Shown: one piece after another, positions 41,139 to 51,894 of the stretch
Position numbering within the stretch: the stretch's first letter is position 1
Layout of the letters: every line of letters starts with the position of its first letter
DNA from: an uncultured Acidimicrobiia bacterium
GTDB taxonomy: Bacteria; Actinomycetota; Acidimicrobiia; Spongiisociales; UBA5794
Direction: 5' to 3'
NCBI GenBank assembly: GCA_964195545.1
Contig: CAXMQQ010000035.1
Coordinates: forward strand, 1-58,263
Length of the DNA: 58,263 nt
The notes under the pieces: generated by a model
Seen by the model: the letters and a program-made list of their open reading frames with translations, nothing else
Databases searched by the model: none
Told to the model about the DNA's origin: nothing
Translations under genes and position numbers: made by a program

Positions 41139-42584
41139 CCCTTTCTTCACCATTTCGCGCGCTAACTCGACGAGCGTCCTGACGGTGAACCCAGTACCGC
41201 CCCTCGTCACATAGTGCTCTGTCTTGTCGGCACGTCCCGGACCGGCGATGTCGAGATGGACCCAGGGACGATCGTCGACGAACTCTGCGAGGAAGAGGGC
41301 GGCGAGGATCGCCCCACCCCACCGATCCCCGATGTTCTTCATGTCCGCCACCGGCGAATCGAGAAGCGAGCGGTACGAGCGCTCGAACGGCATCGTCCAC
41401 ATCGACTCACCTGCGAACCTCGCAGCAGCCTCGACCGCAGCAATTGCTTCGTCGTCGTTGCCGAAGATCGCTCCAACCGCCGGTCCAAGGGCAACCTTCG
41501 CTGCCCCGGTCAGGGTCGCGATGTCAACGATCAAATCGGGTTCCGCCTCTGCAGCGATCCCCAGACCATCGGCGAGAATGATCCGCCCCTCGGCATCGGT
41601 GTTGAGGACTTCGACTGTCTTCCCGTTGTACGCGGTGAATACGTCGCCCGGTCGCTGTGCGCCCCCGCCCGTCATGTTCTCGGAGAGAGGAGTAACGCCG
41701 AGCACACGAATGGGTAGCCCGATCTCGGCGATCGCCTGCATCGCTCCGTATACGGCTGCCGCTCCGGCCATGTCGGTCTTCATATCCTCCATGCCCTTCG
41801 CCGGTTTCAGCGACAGGCCACCGGAGTCGAAGACGATTCCCTTCCCAACGAAAGCGACGAGCGATGCTGCGTCGTCCGGTTCATACCGCATAATCACCAT
41901 CCGCGGCGGATTGGCGGATCCGGCGCCGACGGCAATCAGGCCCCCGTATCCCCTTTCGGCAGCCTCGACCTCGTCGACGATCTCCACGGAAATCTGGTCG
42001 CTGAGCAATCGCGCACGGTCTGCAAGGACCTCCGGTGACTTGTCGACCGCCGGCCGGTTGATCAGATCCCGGGCGAGCGTGACACCACGAGCGATCGCGG
42101 CTGCATCGGCTATCTGTGCCGTCGTGCCATCAACCGCCTCGACGAGTTCGAGCCGCTCGTTCACACGCAGCTTCGGTTCGCTGCGGTATTCGTCGAAACG
42201 GTAGGCCCCGAGCAGATAGCCGAGCGTGACGGCACCGATCGCGCCCTCGACGTCGACCAGATGCAGCGTCGTCGCCGCAGAGGCGTACGGTGCCGACAGC
42301 CGCCCAACCGTACCGGCCGCTCGGCGGAGCGACTCCGCATCAGCCTCTTCGCCGAGGCCAACGAACGCAACCGATTCGAATGAGAGATCCCCTCCAGGGA
42401 CGATCGCCGTCTGACCGGAGGCACCGGTGAACTCGCGTGACTCGAGATAGCCGGTGATCCACGGCCCCAGCTGTTCGGCCGCAGATTCGGCGCCTGGGCC
42501 CCAGGTCAACTCTGCGAACACAGGAACGATCAGTAGATCCGCTGTTGAATCAGCAATTGCTGCGCCCGGGACGATCTCGGTCAT
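41136..42584 (-). CDS. pepA: Leucyl aminopeptidase (M17)
   Basis: GKGIVFDSGG, MKTDMAG, NTDAEGR, ATLTGA, HLDIAG. Confidence 0.96.
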   Translation of the reverse strand: MTEIVPGAAIADSTADLLIVPVFAELTWGPGAESAAEQLGPWITGYLESREFTGASGQTAIVPGGDLSFESVAFVGLGEEADAESLRRAAGTVGRLSAPYASAATTLHLVDVEGAIGAVTLGYLLGAYRFDEYRSEPKLRVNERLELVEAVDGTTAQIADAAAIARGVTLARDLINRPAVDKSPEVLADRARLLSDQISVEIVDEVEAAERGYGGLIAVGAGSANPPRMVIMRYEPDDAASLVAFVGKGIVFDSGGLSLKPAKGMEDMKTDMAGAAAVYGAMQAIAEIGLPIRVLGVTPLSENMTGGGAQRPGDVFTAYNGKTVEVLNTDAEGRIILADGLGIAAEAEPDLIVDIATLTGAAKVALGPAVGAIFGNDDEAIAAVEAAARFAGESMWTMPFERSYRSLLDSPVADMKNIGDRWGGAILAALFLAEFVDDRPWVHLDIAGPGRADKTEHYVTRGGTGFTVRTLVELAREMVKKG

Positions 42585-43123
42585 GTTGTTTCTCCTCGTG
42601 TCGGGGTCCACTCGCGCTCGACGGCGCGAGCGAGCATGTACAAGTAGTCGGCAAGACGGTTGAGGTAGGGGACGACGAGCGATTCGGACTCGCCGGCGAG
42701 ATGGCTGACCGCTCTGCGCTCGGCCCTGCGAATGACCGTGCGAGCAACGTCGAGTGCCGCCGCAACCGGTTCCCCCCCGGGAACGACGAACTCCGCCGGC
42801 ATCTCCAGTTCGGCAGCGATCCGATCGATGCGCTCCTCAAGACGATCGATCATGGACGAGTCGACGCTACTGACACCCGGTGCGAGTAGGTCTCGACGAT
42901 CAGGATCAGTAGCGAGCTCTGCCGCGACCACGAAGAGATCTCGCTGCACCTCGAGTACAGCTGCGGCCACATCCGGTTCGGCCTGAGCCCTGACCACGCC
43001 CAGAGCAGAGACGGATTCGTCGACCGTCCCATACGCTTCAGGTCCGCTGGAATCCTTTCCGACCCGTCCGCCGTGGAACAGCCCCGTTGTTCCGTCATCA
43101 CCGCGCCGGGTGTAGATCCGCAT
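42581..43123 (-). CDS. PduO-type ATP:cob(I)alamin adenosyltransferase
   Basis: IYTRRGDDGTT, YGTVDE, RTVIRRAER, YLNRLADYLY. Confidence 0.94.
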   Translation of the reverse strand: MRIYTRRGDDGTTGLFHGGRVGKDSSGPEAYGTVDESVSALGVVRAQAEPDVAAAVLEVQRDLFVVAAELATDPDRRDLLAPGVSSVDSSMIDRLEERIDRIAAELEMPAEFVVPGGEPVAAALDVARTVIRRAERRAVSHLAGESESLVVPYLNRLADYLYMLARAVEREWTPTRGETT

Positions 43124-43125
43124 GG

Positions 43126-45075
43126 TCAGGAGACGCTGAGCCAGGCGGCAACACGGTCGGCAACGGCTGGAGGCGTGAATCCCCATTCCTCGGCGATGAC
43201 CGATGCCGGCGCGGAGGTGCCAAAGTGGTCGATCCCGATACGGAGTCCGGTTCGGCCTGAGAAGCGTTCCCATCCGACCGTGACTCCGGCTTCGATCGTT
43301 GCCGTCGGCAGGTCACCGCCCAACACCGTCGTTCGGTACTCCTCGTCCTGAGCGAGGAACAGTTCGACGCTGGGCATCGAGACCACCCGGATCGAGTGCC
43401 CGCGTTCGTTGAGAATCTCTGCTGCCTGTTCCGCAAGCGGAACCTCGGATCCGGTGGCTATCAGGACGGCGTCGTCGCCCTTTCTGCGGACATATCCGCC
43501 ACGCGCGACCAGATCCCGATCGATGACTTCGCTCGGAACGGGCAGACCTTGGCGACTCAGGATGAGGGCAGTGGGCCCATCGCCATGATTGACTGCCAAC
43601 TCCCATGCGACGGTGACCTCGGTGGGATCGGCCGGGCGGATGACCCGAAGACCGGGGATCGATCGGAGAGCGGCGAGATGCTCGATCGGCTGATGCGTCG
43701 GACCGTCTTCACCGAGGAACACGGAGTCGTGGGTCCACACCCAGATCGAAGGGGTCCCCATGAGGGCACCGAGCCTCACGGCGGGCCTCATGTAGTCGGA
43801 GAACATCAGAAACGTCGCACCGTAGCCTCGAAGACCGCCGTGCAGCGTGATGCCGTTCACGATCGATCCCATGGCGTGTTCACGGATGCCGAACCGCACG
43901 TTCCGGCCGGTCCGATCGGATGCGGTGAAATCTCCCGACATCTCGATCCGACTGTTGTTGGACGGTGTTAGATCCCCTGAACCACCCATGAGGCCCGGCA
44001 GCGATCCTGCAACCTCCTGGAGCACTTCACCGGAGAGCGCTCGCGTAGCAACCGATGAGCCGGCATCGTGATGAGGCACACCGAGATGGAGATCCGGCGC
44101 GTCGAAGAAGCCTTCTAGTTGCTTCTTCCGTACCGAGTCGGCGGCGTCACGCCGTCGCGTCCACGATTGCCTGGCCTCACTGCCACGCTGCATGGCGTCG
44201 CGGTAGAATCCGTACACAGCTGTCGGAATCTCGAACGGCGGAAGATCCCAGTCGAAGGCGGCACGAACCAATGCGATCTCATCGTCTCCGAGCGGCGATC
44301 CGTGAGACGACGATGCGTCCTGCTTGTTCGGCGAACCGAATCCGATGTGCGTGCGGCAGAGCACAAGCGAGGGGCGAGCATCTTCGTTCGCTTCCGCTAT
44401 TGCGGCGGCAATCGCGTCCCGATCGTGCCCGTCAATAGCGATGGTATGCCAGCCGTAGGAATCGAAGCGAGTCGCCACGTCCTCGGTAAACGCAAGGTCG
44501 GTGGAACCATCGATCGTTATGTGGTTGTCGTCGTAGAGGTAGGTGATCTTGCCGAGTCCAAGGTGTCCAGCGAGCGATGCCGCCTCGGCGGCAACGCCCT
44601 CCATCAAGTCACCGTCGGATACGAACCCGTAGATCCGGTGATCGACCAGATCGGAGCCCAGAACCGATCGGAGATGTGCCTCGGCGATCGCCATTCCGAT
44701 GCCCGTGGCGAAACCCTGACCGAGCGGACCCGTGGTCATTTCGATCCCGAGTCCCGGGTCGTGCTCCGGATGTCCCGCCGTCACCGATCCGAACTGCCGG
44801 AACGCCTTGATGTCGTCCATGGTGAGGGGGAAGCCGGAGAGGTGAAGCAGGGAGTAGAGCAACATCGATCCATGTCCGTTCGACAGCACGAACCGGTCAC
44901 GATCGATCCAGGTGGGATCGTCTGGGTCGACGACGAGAAATCGGGACCAGAGCACGGACGCGATGTCGGCCATACCCATGGGCATACCAGGGTGTCCCGA
45001 GTTGGCTCGCTGGATTGCGTCGATCGATAGGACGCGAAGGGCGTCGGTTGCTCGTTGTTCGACCGTGTTCGTCAT
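43126..45075 (-). CDS. tkt: Transketolase
   Basis: [34 protein letters not shown]. Confidence 0.97.
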   Translation of the reverse strand: MTNTVEQRATDALRVLSIDAIQRANSGHPGMPMGMADIASVLWSRFLVVDPDDPTWIDRDRFVLSNGHGSMLLYSLLHLSGFPLTMDDIKAFRQFGSVTAGHPEHDPGLGIEMTTGPLGQGFATGIGMAIAEAHLRSVLGSDLVDHRIYGFVSDGDLMEGVAAEAASLAGHLGLGKITYLYDDNHITIDGSTDLAFTEDVATRFDSYGWHTIAIDGHDRDAIAAAIAEANEDARPSLVLCRTHIGFGSPNKQDASSSHGSPLGDDEIALVRAAFDWDLPPFEIPTAVYGFYRDAMQRGSEARQSWTRRRDAADSVRKKQLEGFFDAPDLHLGVPHHDAGSSVATRALSGEVLQEVAGSLPGLMGGSGDLTPSNNSRIEMSGDFTASDRTGRNVRFGIREHAMGSIVNGITLHGGLRGYGATFLMFSDYMRPAVRLGALMGTPSIWVWTHDSVFLGEDGPTHQPIEHLAALRSIPGLRVIRPADPTEVTVAWELAVNHGDGPTALILSRQGLPVPSEVIDRDLVARGGYVRRKGDDAVLIATGSEVPLAEQAAEILNERGHSIRVVSMPSVELFLAQDEEYRTTVLGGDLPTATIEAGVTVGWERFSGRTGLRIGIDHFGTSAPASVIAEEWGFTPPAVADRVAAWLSVS

Positions 45076-45138
45076 CAGACCTCCTGTTGTACTAGTGCCA
45101 CATCAGGCATCCCGTGCGACACTTGTAGGGTACCGTTC

Positions 45139-45300
45139 AGCCGCCCGGCCAAGGAGCGCGCCGGGCAAAACATGCCACCCATCTCGACGACCAGGCATCG
45201 CCACGCCTTGTGGCTTCGGCTCGGCTAGTCCGACACAAGGAGTGGCGAAGACTCATCCTTTCGCCTGGCGCGCCTGGCCGCCGCTCTGGGCGACGGCATA
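45139..45300. other. Long imperfect rod-like palindrome (candidate sRNA or REP-like element)
   Basis: Outer stem CGGCCAAGGAGCGCGCCGGGC / GCCTGGCGCGCCTGGCCG; inner stem TCGCCAC-G-CCTTGTG / CACAAGG-A-GTGGCGA. Confidence 0.55.
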
Positions 45301-45313
45301 GCGCAGCACGCTC

Positions 45314-46387
45314 CTAGTCCACAAATCGCACCTTTCGCGACGACCGATTCAGCCGTTCGAAACCGTCGGCAGTGGCAACCACAATGTCCTCGATCCTCAT
45401 CCCCCATCGATCCGGGACGTAGATCCCCGGCTCGATAGAGAACGCCATGCCCGAGCGAATTGGCTCGGCGTTCCCCTGAACGATGTACGGCTGTTCGTGT
45501 GCATCAAGACCGATGCCGTGTCCGGTTCGGTGGATGAAGAATTCACCGTATCCCCCATCGATGATGATCGAGCGTGCTACAGCATCGATCGCCTCGGCCG
45601 TTGTTCCCGGACGAACAGACTCGACTGCGGCCCGCTGTGCACGTTCGAGCACGGCGTATGCCTCCTCAAATCCTTCGGGTGCCTCTCCAAGGCAGTACAT
45701 GCGAGTGGTGTCTGATCCATATCCCCGCACGCGGCCGCCGAAATCGACGACCACTGCATCCCCCGTTTCAATGACCTTGTCGGAAGCTTCATGGTGTGGA
45801 GATGCGCCGTTCCTTCCTGCGGCGACGATCGCGAATGAGGCCGACTCATGAACCGAGGCGAGGACCAGGTCGGCGACGATCCGCGATAGTTCGCGTTCGG
45901 TGCGACCGCTGAACCGCACCGTTGCGAGGTGGTCGGCCACGCCATCGGCCGCGTGCCCTGCCTCTCTCAAGGCCGCTATCTCATGCTCGTCTTTGATCAT
46001 GCGCAGGGGTGCCATCAGCGGCTCTGCATCGACGAAGCGGGAGCCGGGAAGGCGATCCTGGAAAGCGATGAGGAACGAGGCCCACATCTGATCTCCAACG
46101 GCGATCACGCCGTCGTTCGGCAAGGTGGCAGCGATCCGATCGAATGGGTCGTCGGTCTCTCCCCACGGCCGAACCTCGACAGATGTATCGACCCGCGGGG
46201 CCTCGAGCACCGGCACAAAGAGGGTGGCCTCGCCGAAAGCAGGTACGACGAGTGCGGTGATCCGTTCGAGCGGCATGGCCCGGTATCCCGTCAGGTACGG
46301 CAGATCGGATCCGACAGAGACAAGGAGTACATCGACTCCTCCTTCCCGTAGCGCTGCCTGGACGGCGACGATGCGTCTGTGGTTCAT
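45314..46387 (-). CDS. Xaa-Pro peptidase (M24)
   Basis: ASPHH, DFGG...SDTTR, HRTGHGIG, EPGIY, RIED. Confidence 0.95.
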   Translation of the reverse strand: MNHRRIVAVQAALREGGVDVLLVSVGSDLPYLTGYRAMPLERITALVVPAFGEATLFVPVLEAPRVDTSVEVRPWGETDDPFDRIAATLPNDGVIAVGDQMWASFLIAFQDRLPGSRFVDAEPLMAPLRMIKDEHEIAALREAGHAADGVADHLATVRFSGRTERELSRIVADLVLASVHESASFAIVAAGRNGASPHHEASDKVIETGDAVVVDFGGRVRGYGSDTTRMYCLGEAPEGFEEAYAVLERAQRAAVESVRPGTTAEAIDAVARSIIIDGGYGEFFIHRTGHGIGLDAHEQPYIVQGNAEPIRSGMAFSIEPGIYVPDRWGMRIEDIVVATADGFERLNRSSRKVRFVD

Positions 46388-48036
46388 CGTGCGGCCTCGA
46401 GGGATTCGCGTGCGTGGTAGGACGACCGGACGAGCGGGCCCGCTTCAACGTGCGGCAGTCCAAGTCGGACGCCTTCGGCCGTGTAGCGGATGAATTCGTC
46501 GGGCTCGACGTACCGATCTATGGGGCGATGTCTCGCCGTGGGTCGCAAGTACTGACCGATAGTGACGATGTCGACGCCGACGGCTCTCAGGTCGGCAAGT
46601 GCTCCGAACACTTCTTCTTCAGTCTCCCCCATTCCAACGATCAAGCCGGACTTCACAGCCCCCGCCGGGTTGGTCCACTTGGCGCGAGCGAGCAGGGCGA
46701 GTGAGCGGGCATAGTTCGCCGCCGTCCTGATGTCCCGTTGGAGCCTCAGGACGGTCTCGGTGTTGTGGTTCAGAACGGCCGGCTTGGATGCCATCACCGT
46801 TTCGAGGTCATCGACTGATCCCTTGAAGTCCGGGATCAGCACTTCAACCTCGCATTCGGGCATCCGCTCTCGAATGGCTGCGATGGTGTCGGCGAACACG
46901 CCTGCGCCGCCGTCCAGCAGGTCATCGCGATTCACCGACGTCAGCACAGCGTGGTGAAGCCCCATTTGTTCGACGGCTGCCGCTGCGCGCGCTGGCTCAC
47001 CGAGGTCAACGGGACCGGGTTTTCCCGTACTGACATCGCAGAACGCGCAAGCCCTCGTGCATGTCTCTCCGAGCAGCATCAGCGTCGACGTCCCCGATTC
47101 CCAGCACTCGAAGATATTGGGGCAGCCAGCCGCCTCGCACACGGTGTGGAGTTCCAAACCCCGCATCAGCTTCTTGAGATCCCTGAATCCGTCGGTGGAG
47201 AGGTTCGCCCGTACCCGCATCCATTCAGGTTTGTCCGGCTCCCCGGAGAGGAGGCCGCGAACGGTGATCGGTGTCGCGCCGATCCGATCGGCCGAGAAGA
47301 CGCCTGCAGCCACCATGGCATCGACGTCGTACGGACTGGATCGATCACGATTTGGGAAGGCGCCGAGTTGCACCTCGGGACTCCCCCCGAACACTTCTGC
47401 CGCCCGTGGGATCAGTGCTTCCACGACGGACTCCATCTTGATGGTCCGACCGGCGGTCTCAGACAGCGACGTCACGGGGCGATTCGGGATCCCACATGGG
47501 ACGATGTTCTCGAAATACCCGAGATCCGGTGCCACGTTGATCGCGAATCCGTGCGTCGAGACACCGGCCGAAATCTTCACCCCGATCGCAGCGAGCTTCC
47601 CCCGGTCGGTCCACACGCCGGTGAAGCCATCCTCGGCCCACGCCTCGATCCCAAGGTCGGCGAAGGTAGTGATCAACATCGCCTCGATGCGTCTGAGGTG
47701 ACCGACGGCGTCCCAGCCGTCAGATAGCGCTGGTACGGCAACGATCGGGTATCCAACGAGCTGGCCGGGACCGTGATACGTGATATCTCCGCCCCGGTCG
47801 GTGAATACCAGGCGGGCCCCGATGCCACTGAGGTCATCCTCTGCGATCTTCAGGTTCTCACCATCTCCGTTGCGGCCCACCGTGTAGGTGTGCGGGTGTT
47901 CAAGCAACAGGAGATAGTCGTCGCCTGAGCGGCCGGTCGCTCGCCCATCCCGGAACGCGCGTTGAAGGTCGAGTGCTTCGTCGTACGGGACGCGGCCAAG
48001 CCATCGGATCCGAAGACGCGACCCGCTTTCGGTCAT
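46384..48036 (-). CDS. lipA: Fused octanoyltransferase LipB-lipoyl synthase LipA
   Basis: RGGDITYHGPGQ and PCG (LipB); CEAAGCPNIFEC, CTRACAFC and RSSY (LipA); ATGA overlap with dlaT. Confidence 0.94.
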   Translation of the reverse strand: MTESGSRLRIRWLGRVPYDEALDLQRAFRDGRATGRSGDDYLLLLEHPHTYTVGRNGDGENLKIAEDDLSGIGARLVFTDRGGDITYHGPGQLVGYPIVAVPALSDGWDAVGHLRRIEAMLITTFADLGIEAWAEDGFTGVWTDRGKLAAIGVKISAGVSTHGFAINVAPDLGYFENIVPCGIPNRPVTSLSETAGRTIKMESVVEALIPRAAEVFGGSPEVQLGAFPNRDRSSPYDVDAMVAAGVFSADRIGATPITVRGLLSGEPDKPEWMRVRANLSTDGFRDLKKLMRGLELHTVCEAAGCPNIFECWESGTSTLMLLGETCTRACAFCDVSTGKPGPVDLGEPARAAAAVEQMGLHHAVLTSVNRDDLLDGGAGVFADTIAAIRERMPECEVEVLIPDFKGSVDDLETVMASKPAVLNHNTETVLRLQRDIRTAANYARSLALLARAKWTNPAGAVKSGLIVGMGETEEEVFGALADLRAVGVDIVTIGQYLRPTARHRPIDRYVEPDEFIRYTAEGVRLGLPHVEAGPLVRSSYHARESLEAAR

Positions 48037-49520
48037 CGAAGCTCCTGGCCCCAATCCCAGGTCTCGAGGTTCGTCTGGATCCGGTTGAGGAACTGCGTGG
48101 CGACCGATCCGTCGAACGCGCGGTGATCCCATGTGAGTCCGAGATAACCGATGTGGCGTACAGCGATGGTGTCTGTGCCGTCTGGCAGGGTTACTACAGT
48201 CGGACGCTTCTTGATCGTGTCGGTCGACAGGATCGCTACGTTCGGCAGATTGATGATCGGCGCACTCAAGTACGAGCCAAATGGTCCAGGATTGGTGATC
48301 GTAAACGTGCTTCCTGAGATGTCATCCGGTTCCAGGTCGCCGCTTCGTGCCTTCTCTGCGATCTGCCGGATGCTGCGTGCGAGCCCCTTCAGCGTCAGCC
48401 CGTCGGCCCCTCGCACGGTTGCTACGAGGAGTCCTTGCGTATCGAGGTCGACGGCGACACCGAGGTTGACACCGTGGTGGAGGGTGACCGTTCCTGCTTC
48501 GAGATCCAGGGAGCTGTTGACGACCGGGAACGAGGCGAGCGCATCCATCATCGCTCGAGCGATGAAGGGCAGGTAGGTCAAGGAGAATCCCTCCTCGTCC
48601 TTGAACCGATCACGATGCGCCGCACGCACGTGTTCGACTTGTTCGTAGTCGACCTCGATCGACGTCCAAACGTGGGCGGCCGTGCGCTTGGCATGGATCA
48701 TGTGCTCGGCGATCGTGCGGCGGAGGCGCGGGATCTCGACGACCTCGTCGCCGCCTCCGGTCGTGAGCGTCACCTTCGTTGGAGGCGCGGGCGTGCGATC
48801 CGTGGTTCCGGCGGTTACGACAGATGCCGCTGCTATTGGCGGGGGTACCGAATCCGCGATCGGTTCTGGTGCTGGAGCGGACGTCGAGGGAGCTTCTTGG
48901 GCGGCTCGCTCGGGAGCCGGTGGCGCAGGAGAAACGGCGGCCACCGGCGTTGGAGTTGGACTTGGAGTCGCAGGAGCCCCTGGTTTCGATGTGATGTACC
49001 GCTCGACGTCCTTCCTCGTAATGCGTCCGCCGTCACCGCTACCGGAGACGAGGTCGAGGTCCACGTTGTGTTCGTCCGCGAGGCGACGTACGACGGGTGA
49101 CAGGATGGCCCGTCGCGACGAGTCGCCGGAGACAACTGGAGCCGGAGTCGGAGCTGGTGGCACCGCGGCGGGTGTCGCTTCTCCCGGAGTACCCGTGGGA
49201 CCCATCGCCGACGAACCCGTGGGACCCATGGCCGCCGTGCCCGTCGATTCGATCGGCGGCTCCTCGGAAGCTGCCGTCTCACCGGCTTCACCGATGACCA
49301 CGATCGCAGTCCCCACGGTCACGGTCTCGCCGACCTGGACGAGAATCTCGCTGATCACGCCGGATGCAGGTGACGGCATCTCGGTATCCACCTTGTCGGT
49401 CGAGATCTCAACGAGGACTTCGTCCTCAGCGATCTCATCGCCGACCTGCTTGGCCCAACTCAGGATCGTTCCCTCGGTCACCGTCTCGCCGAGCTGTGGC
49501 ATCGTCACCGTCACGGGCAT
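48033..49520 (-). CDS. 2-oxoacid dehydrogenase E2 dihydrolipoamide acyltransferase
   Basis: Lipoyl domain STDKV, E3-binding domain, catalytic DHRAFDG. Confidence 0.95.
   Translation of the reverse strand: MPVTVTMPQLGETVTEGTILSWAKQVGDEIAEDEVLVEISTDKVDTEMPSPASGVISEILVQVGETVTVGTAIVVIGEAGETAASEEPPIESTGTAAMGPTGSSAMGPTGTPGEATPAAVPPAPTPAPVVSGDSSRRAILSPVVRRLADEHNVDLDLVSGSGDGGRITRKDVERYITSKPGAPATPSPTPTPVAAVSPAPPAPERAAQEAPSTSAPAPEPIADSVPPPIAAASVVTAGTTDRTPAPPTKVTLTTGGGDEVVEIPRLRRTIAEHMIHAKRTAAHVWTSIEVDYEQVEHVRAAHRDRFKDEEGFSLTYLPFIARAMMDALASFPVVNSSLDLEAGTVTLHHGVNLGVAVDLDTQGLLVATVRGADGLTLKGLARSIRQIAEKARSGDLEPDDISGSTFTITNPGPFGSYLSAPIINLPNVAILSTDTIKKRPTVVTLPDGTDTIAVRHIGYLGLTWDHRAFDGSVATQFLNRIQTNLETWDWGQELR
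49191..49238. repeat. 24-bp in-frame duplication in E2 linker (AMGPTG x2)
   Basis: ACCCGTGGGACCCAT present at 49191 and 49215. Confidence 0.75.
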
Positions 49521-49560
49521 TCGTTCGTACTCCTTTGTGTCCGGGCTCTAGTTCTCGTCG

Positions 49561-50931
49561 TCAATGCAATGGCCGTCCAGCAGCAGCGAGCAACGTCTCG
49601 CCGATGCCCTCAGAGATCGTTGGATGAGCGTGAATAAATGCTGCAGCCTCTGAGGGCAGGGCTTCCCAACCGACCGAGTACATCAACTCATGGATAATCT
49701 CGCCCGCATTCGGATCGACCACGGTCGCGCCGAGCATCGGACCGTCCTTCTGGGCGATGATCTTGACGATGCCACCGGTCTCGCCATGGATGATGGCGCG
49801 ACCGACGCCGCGCATTCCGTGACTCGTCACTTCGACATCAAACCCTTGCTCGATCGCTTGGGCCTCTGTGAGTCCGACCGCTGCCGCTTCCGGGTGTGTG
49901 TAGACGACCATCGGAATCGCTCGATAGTTGACCGCCGCGGTCTCACCGTTCGCAATGTGGGTTACGGCGGCGATGGCCTCAGCGAAACCGACATGGGCCA
50001 ACTGTGGGGTCCCCGCCACGACGTCACCCACGGCATAGATGTTCCTGGCCACCGTCTGCATCGTCTCGGGATCGACCGGGATGAACCCCCGGTCCGTTGC
50101 GATGCCTGCCGTCTCGAGACCGATACCATCGGTTACCGGCGCTCGTCCAACGGCAACGAGCACCACGTCGACTTCGACGGACTCATCGCCCACGGGAACT
50201 GTCACCCCAGATGGAGAGAAGCCGGGGGCACCGACCTGCATGCCGGTCTTGATTTTGATGCGCTTCTTCCTGAAGGAACGACCGACAGCCTTGACCGCTT
50301 CGGGTTCCATACCGGGAAGGATCTGATCGAGGGCCTCGACAAGGAAGACCTCGCTCCCGACATCGGCAAGCATCGAGGCGAACTCCGCGCCGATCGCTCC
50401 GGCCCCTATCACTGCGACGCGATCGGGCTGGTGATCCCAGTCGAGGGCGTGATCGCTGGTGACGACTCGTTCACCGTCGATCTCATAGCCGGGAATCGTA
50501 CGAGGTACGGAACCGGTGGCGATGATGGTTGCTGCTGCCGACAATTGCGTCGCTGTCCCATCGAGCGCGGTCACTTCGACACCGCCATCGATGATTCGAC
50601 CGAAGCCATTGTGGATCTCGACTCCTCGCGCCTTCAGAAGTCCCGACAGCCCCGTGACGAGACCGTCCACGATTCGATTCTTTCGTGCCAGCGCTGCCGA
50701 CCAGTCGAGAACTGGTTCCGAGGAGACGACACCGAACTCAGACGAGCGAGTGACGGTTTGGTAGACGGAAGCCGTTTCGAGCCAGGTCTTGGCCGGGATG
50801 CAGCCCCGCACGAGGCAGGTGCCACCGAGGCGCTCCTTCTCGACAAGCGCCACGGAGAGACCGAAATTGTGGGCGTAGAGAGCAGCCGCGTATCCGCCTG
50901 GCCCTCCACCGATGATGACGACGTCGTGCAC
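49561..50931 (-). CDS. lpdA: Dihydrolipoyl dehydrogenase
   Basis: GGGPGG, GGTCLVRGCIP, HAHPTISE. Confidence 0.96.
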   Translation of the reverse strand: MHDVVIIGGGPGGYAAALYAHNFGLSVALVEKERLGGTCLVRGCIPAKTWLETASVYQTVTRSSEFGVVSSEPVLDWSAALARKNRIVDGLVTGLSGLLKARGVEIHNGFGRIIDGGVEVTALDGTATQLSAAATIIATGSVPRTIPGYEIDGERVVTSDHALDWDHQPDRVAVIGAGAIGAEFASMLADVGSEVFLVEALDQILPGMEPEAVKAVGRSFRKKRIKIKTGMQVGAPGFSPSGVTVPVGDESVEVDVVLVAVGRAPVTDGIGLETAGIATDRGFIPVDPETMQTVARNIYAVGDVVAGTPQLAHVGFAEAIAAVTHIANGETAAVNYRAIPMVVYTHPEAAAVGLTEAQAIEQGFDVEVTSHGMRGVGRAIIHGETGGIVKIIAQKDGPMLGATVVDPNAGEIIHELMYSVGWEALPSEAAAFIHAHPTISEGIGETLLAAAGRPLH

Positions 50932-51045
50932 CGCTTCCTCCGAACTTGAGCGCCGCCAGACTAGCGGAGCCGGGGACCCTGTTCAGAGTGTCTGCGCGAT
51001 CGAACCGCTCTGCAGACCCATCGTGACATCGTCTGTGACAGCCGG

Positions 51046-51894
51046 TCAGTTGTCGGCAAGACCGAGCAGCCTGATGGCATTGTCGTGCAACACACGGCGT
51101 CGAGCGGTCTCATCCACCGACCCGGGATGCCAGGCGGCAAGTGCATCGTCGAGTGATGCGAAACACCAATCGCTGCCGAAGAGGCAGCGGTCGAAATCAA
51201 GACCGGCCAGAGCGTCATGATTCTCCAAGCGCCCATTCGGCGTGGATTCGATGAGGTTCAGCCAGACGTTCGACTTGTGGGCCGCAACCGCCACTGCTTC
51301 ATCGCGCCACAGGCGACCCAGGTGAGCGATGACGATCTGCAGATTCGGGAACGTTGCAGCAATGTGGTCGACTGCTGTCGGCGCACCATGGGAGAGCTTC
51401 AATCCGGTTCCGCCCGGCATGCCTGAGCCAAGTCTCGAGTAGCCCGTGTGAAAGAGGCATATCAGGCCATGCTCTGCCGCTGTCTCATAGACGTTGAATG
51501 CGAAGCGTGATGAAGGATCGAAGCCTTGGCCGACCGGATGGAAGGCGAGGCCGATGAGTCCGAGTCGCGCAGCCGAATGAACCCCGGCCACGGCTCCGGC
51601 ACCCCTCGCAGGGTCGATCGATCCGAACCCATAGAACACGTCGGGATGTGTGGCCACCATCGCTGCAACGTCCGCGCTGGAGAAGGGCCGTTGCTTGGTG
51701 ACCGTTTCCGCATCCCACCCGAGGAGAACCGCCTTCCCGTTTCGATCCCGGTAGGTGGCAGCTATCTCATCGACCGTGAGAGTCTCGAGGTTGGCCCCGA
51801 TCTGACCTTCCAGCGGCTCGAGGTACGGGGCGATCGGACCGCCGAGGAGTTCAGCGACAGGAGGATGCACATGGAAGTCGATGAAGTCTGTCAA
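51046..51894 (-). CDS. Amidohydrolase_2 family protein
   Basis: DFHVH, FHP, FHTG, AHLG, FGSDW; TTG start overlaps the stop of the upstream small ORF. Confidence 0.88.
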   Translation of the reverse strand: MTDFIDFHVHPPVAELLGGPIAPYLEPLEGQIGANLETLTVDEIAATYRDRNGKAVLLGWDAETVTKQRPFSSADVAAMVATHPDVFYGFGSIDPARGAGAVAGVHSAARLGLIGLAFHPVGQGFDPSSRFAFNVYETAAEHGLICLFHTGYSRLGSGMPGGTGLKLSHGAPTAVDHIAATFPNLQIVIAHLGRLWRDEAVAVAAHKSNVWLNLIESTPNGRLENHDALAGLDFDRCLFGSDWCFASLDDALAAWHPGSVDETARRRVLHDNAIRLLGLADN

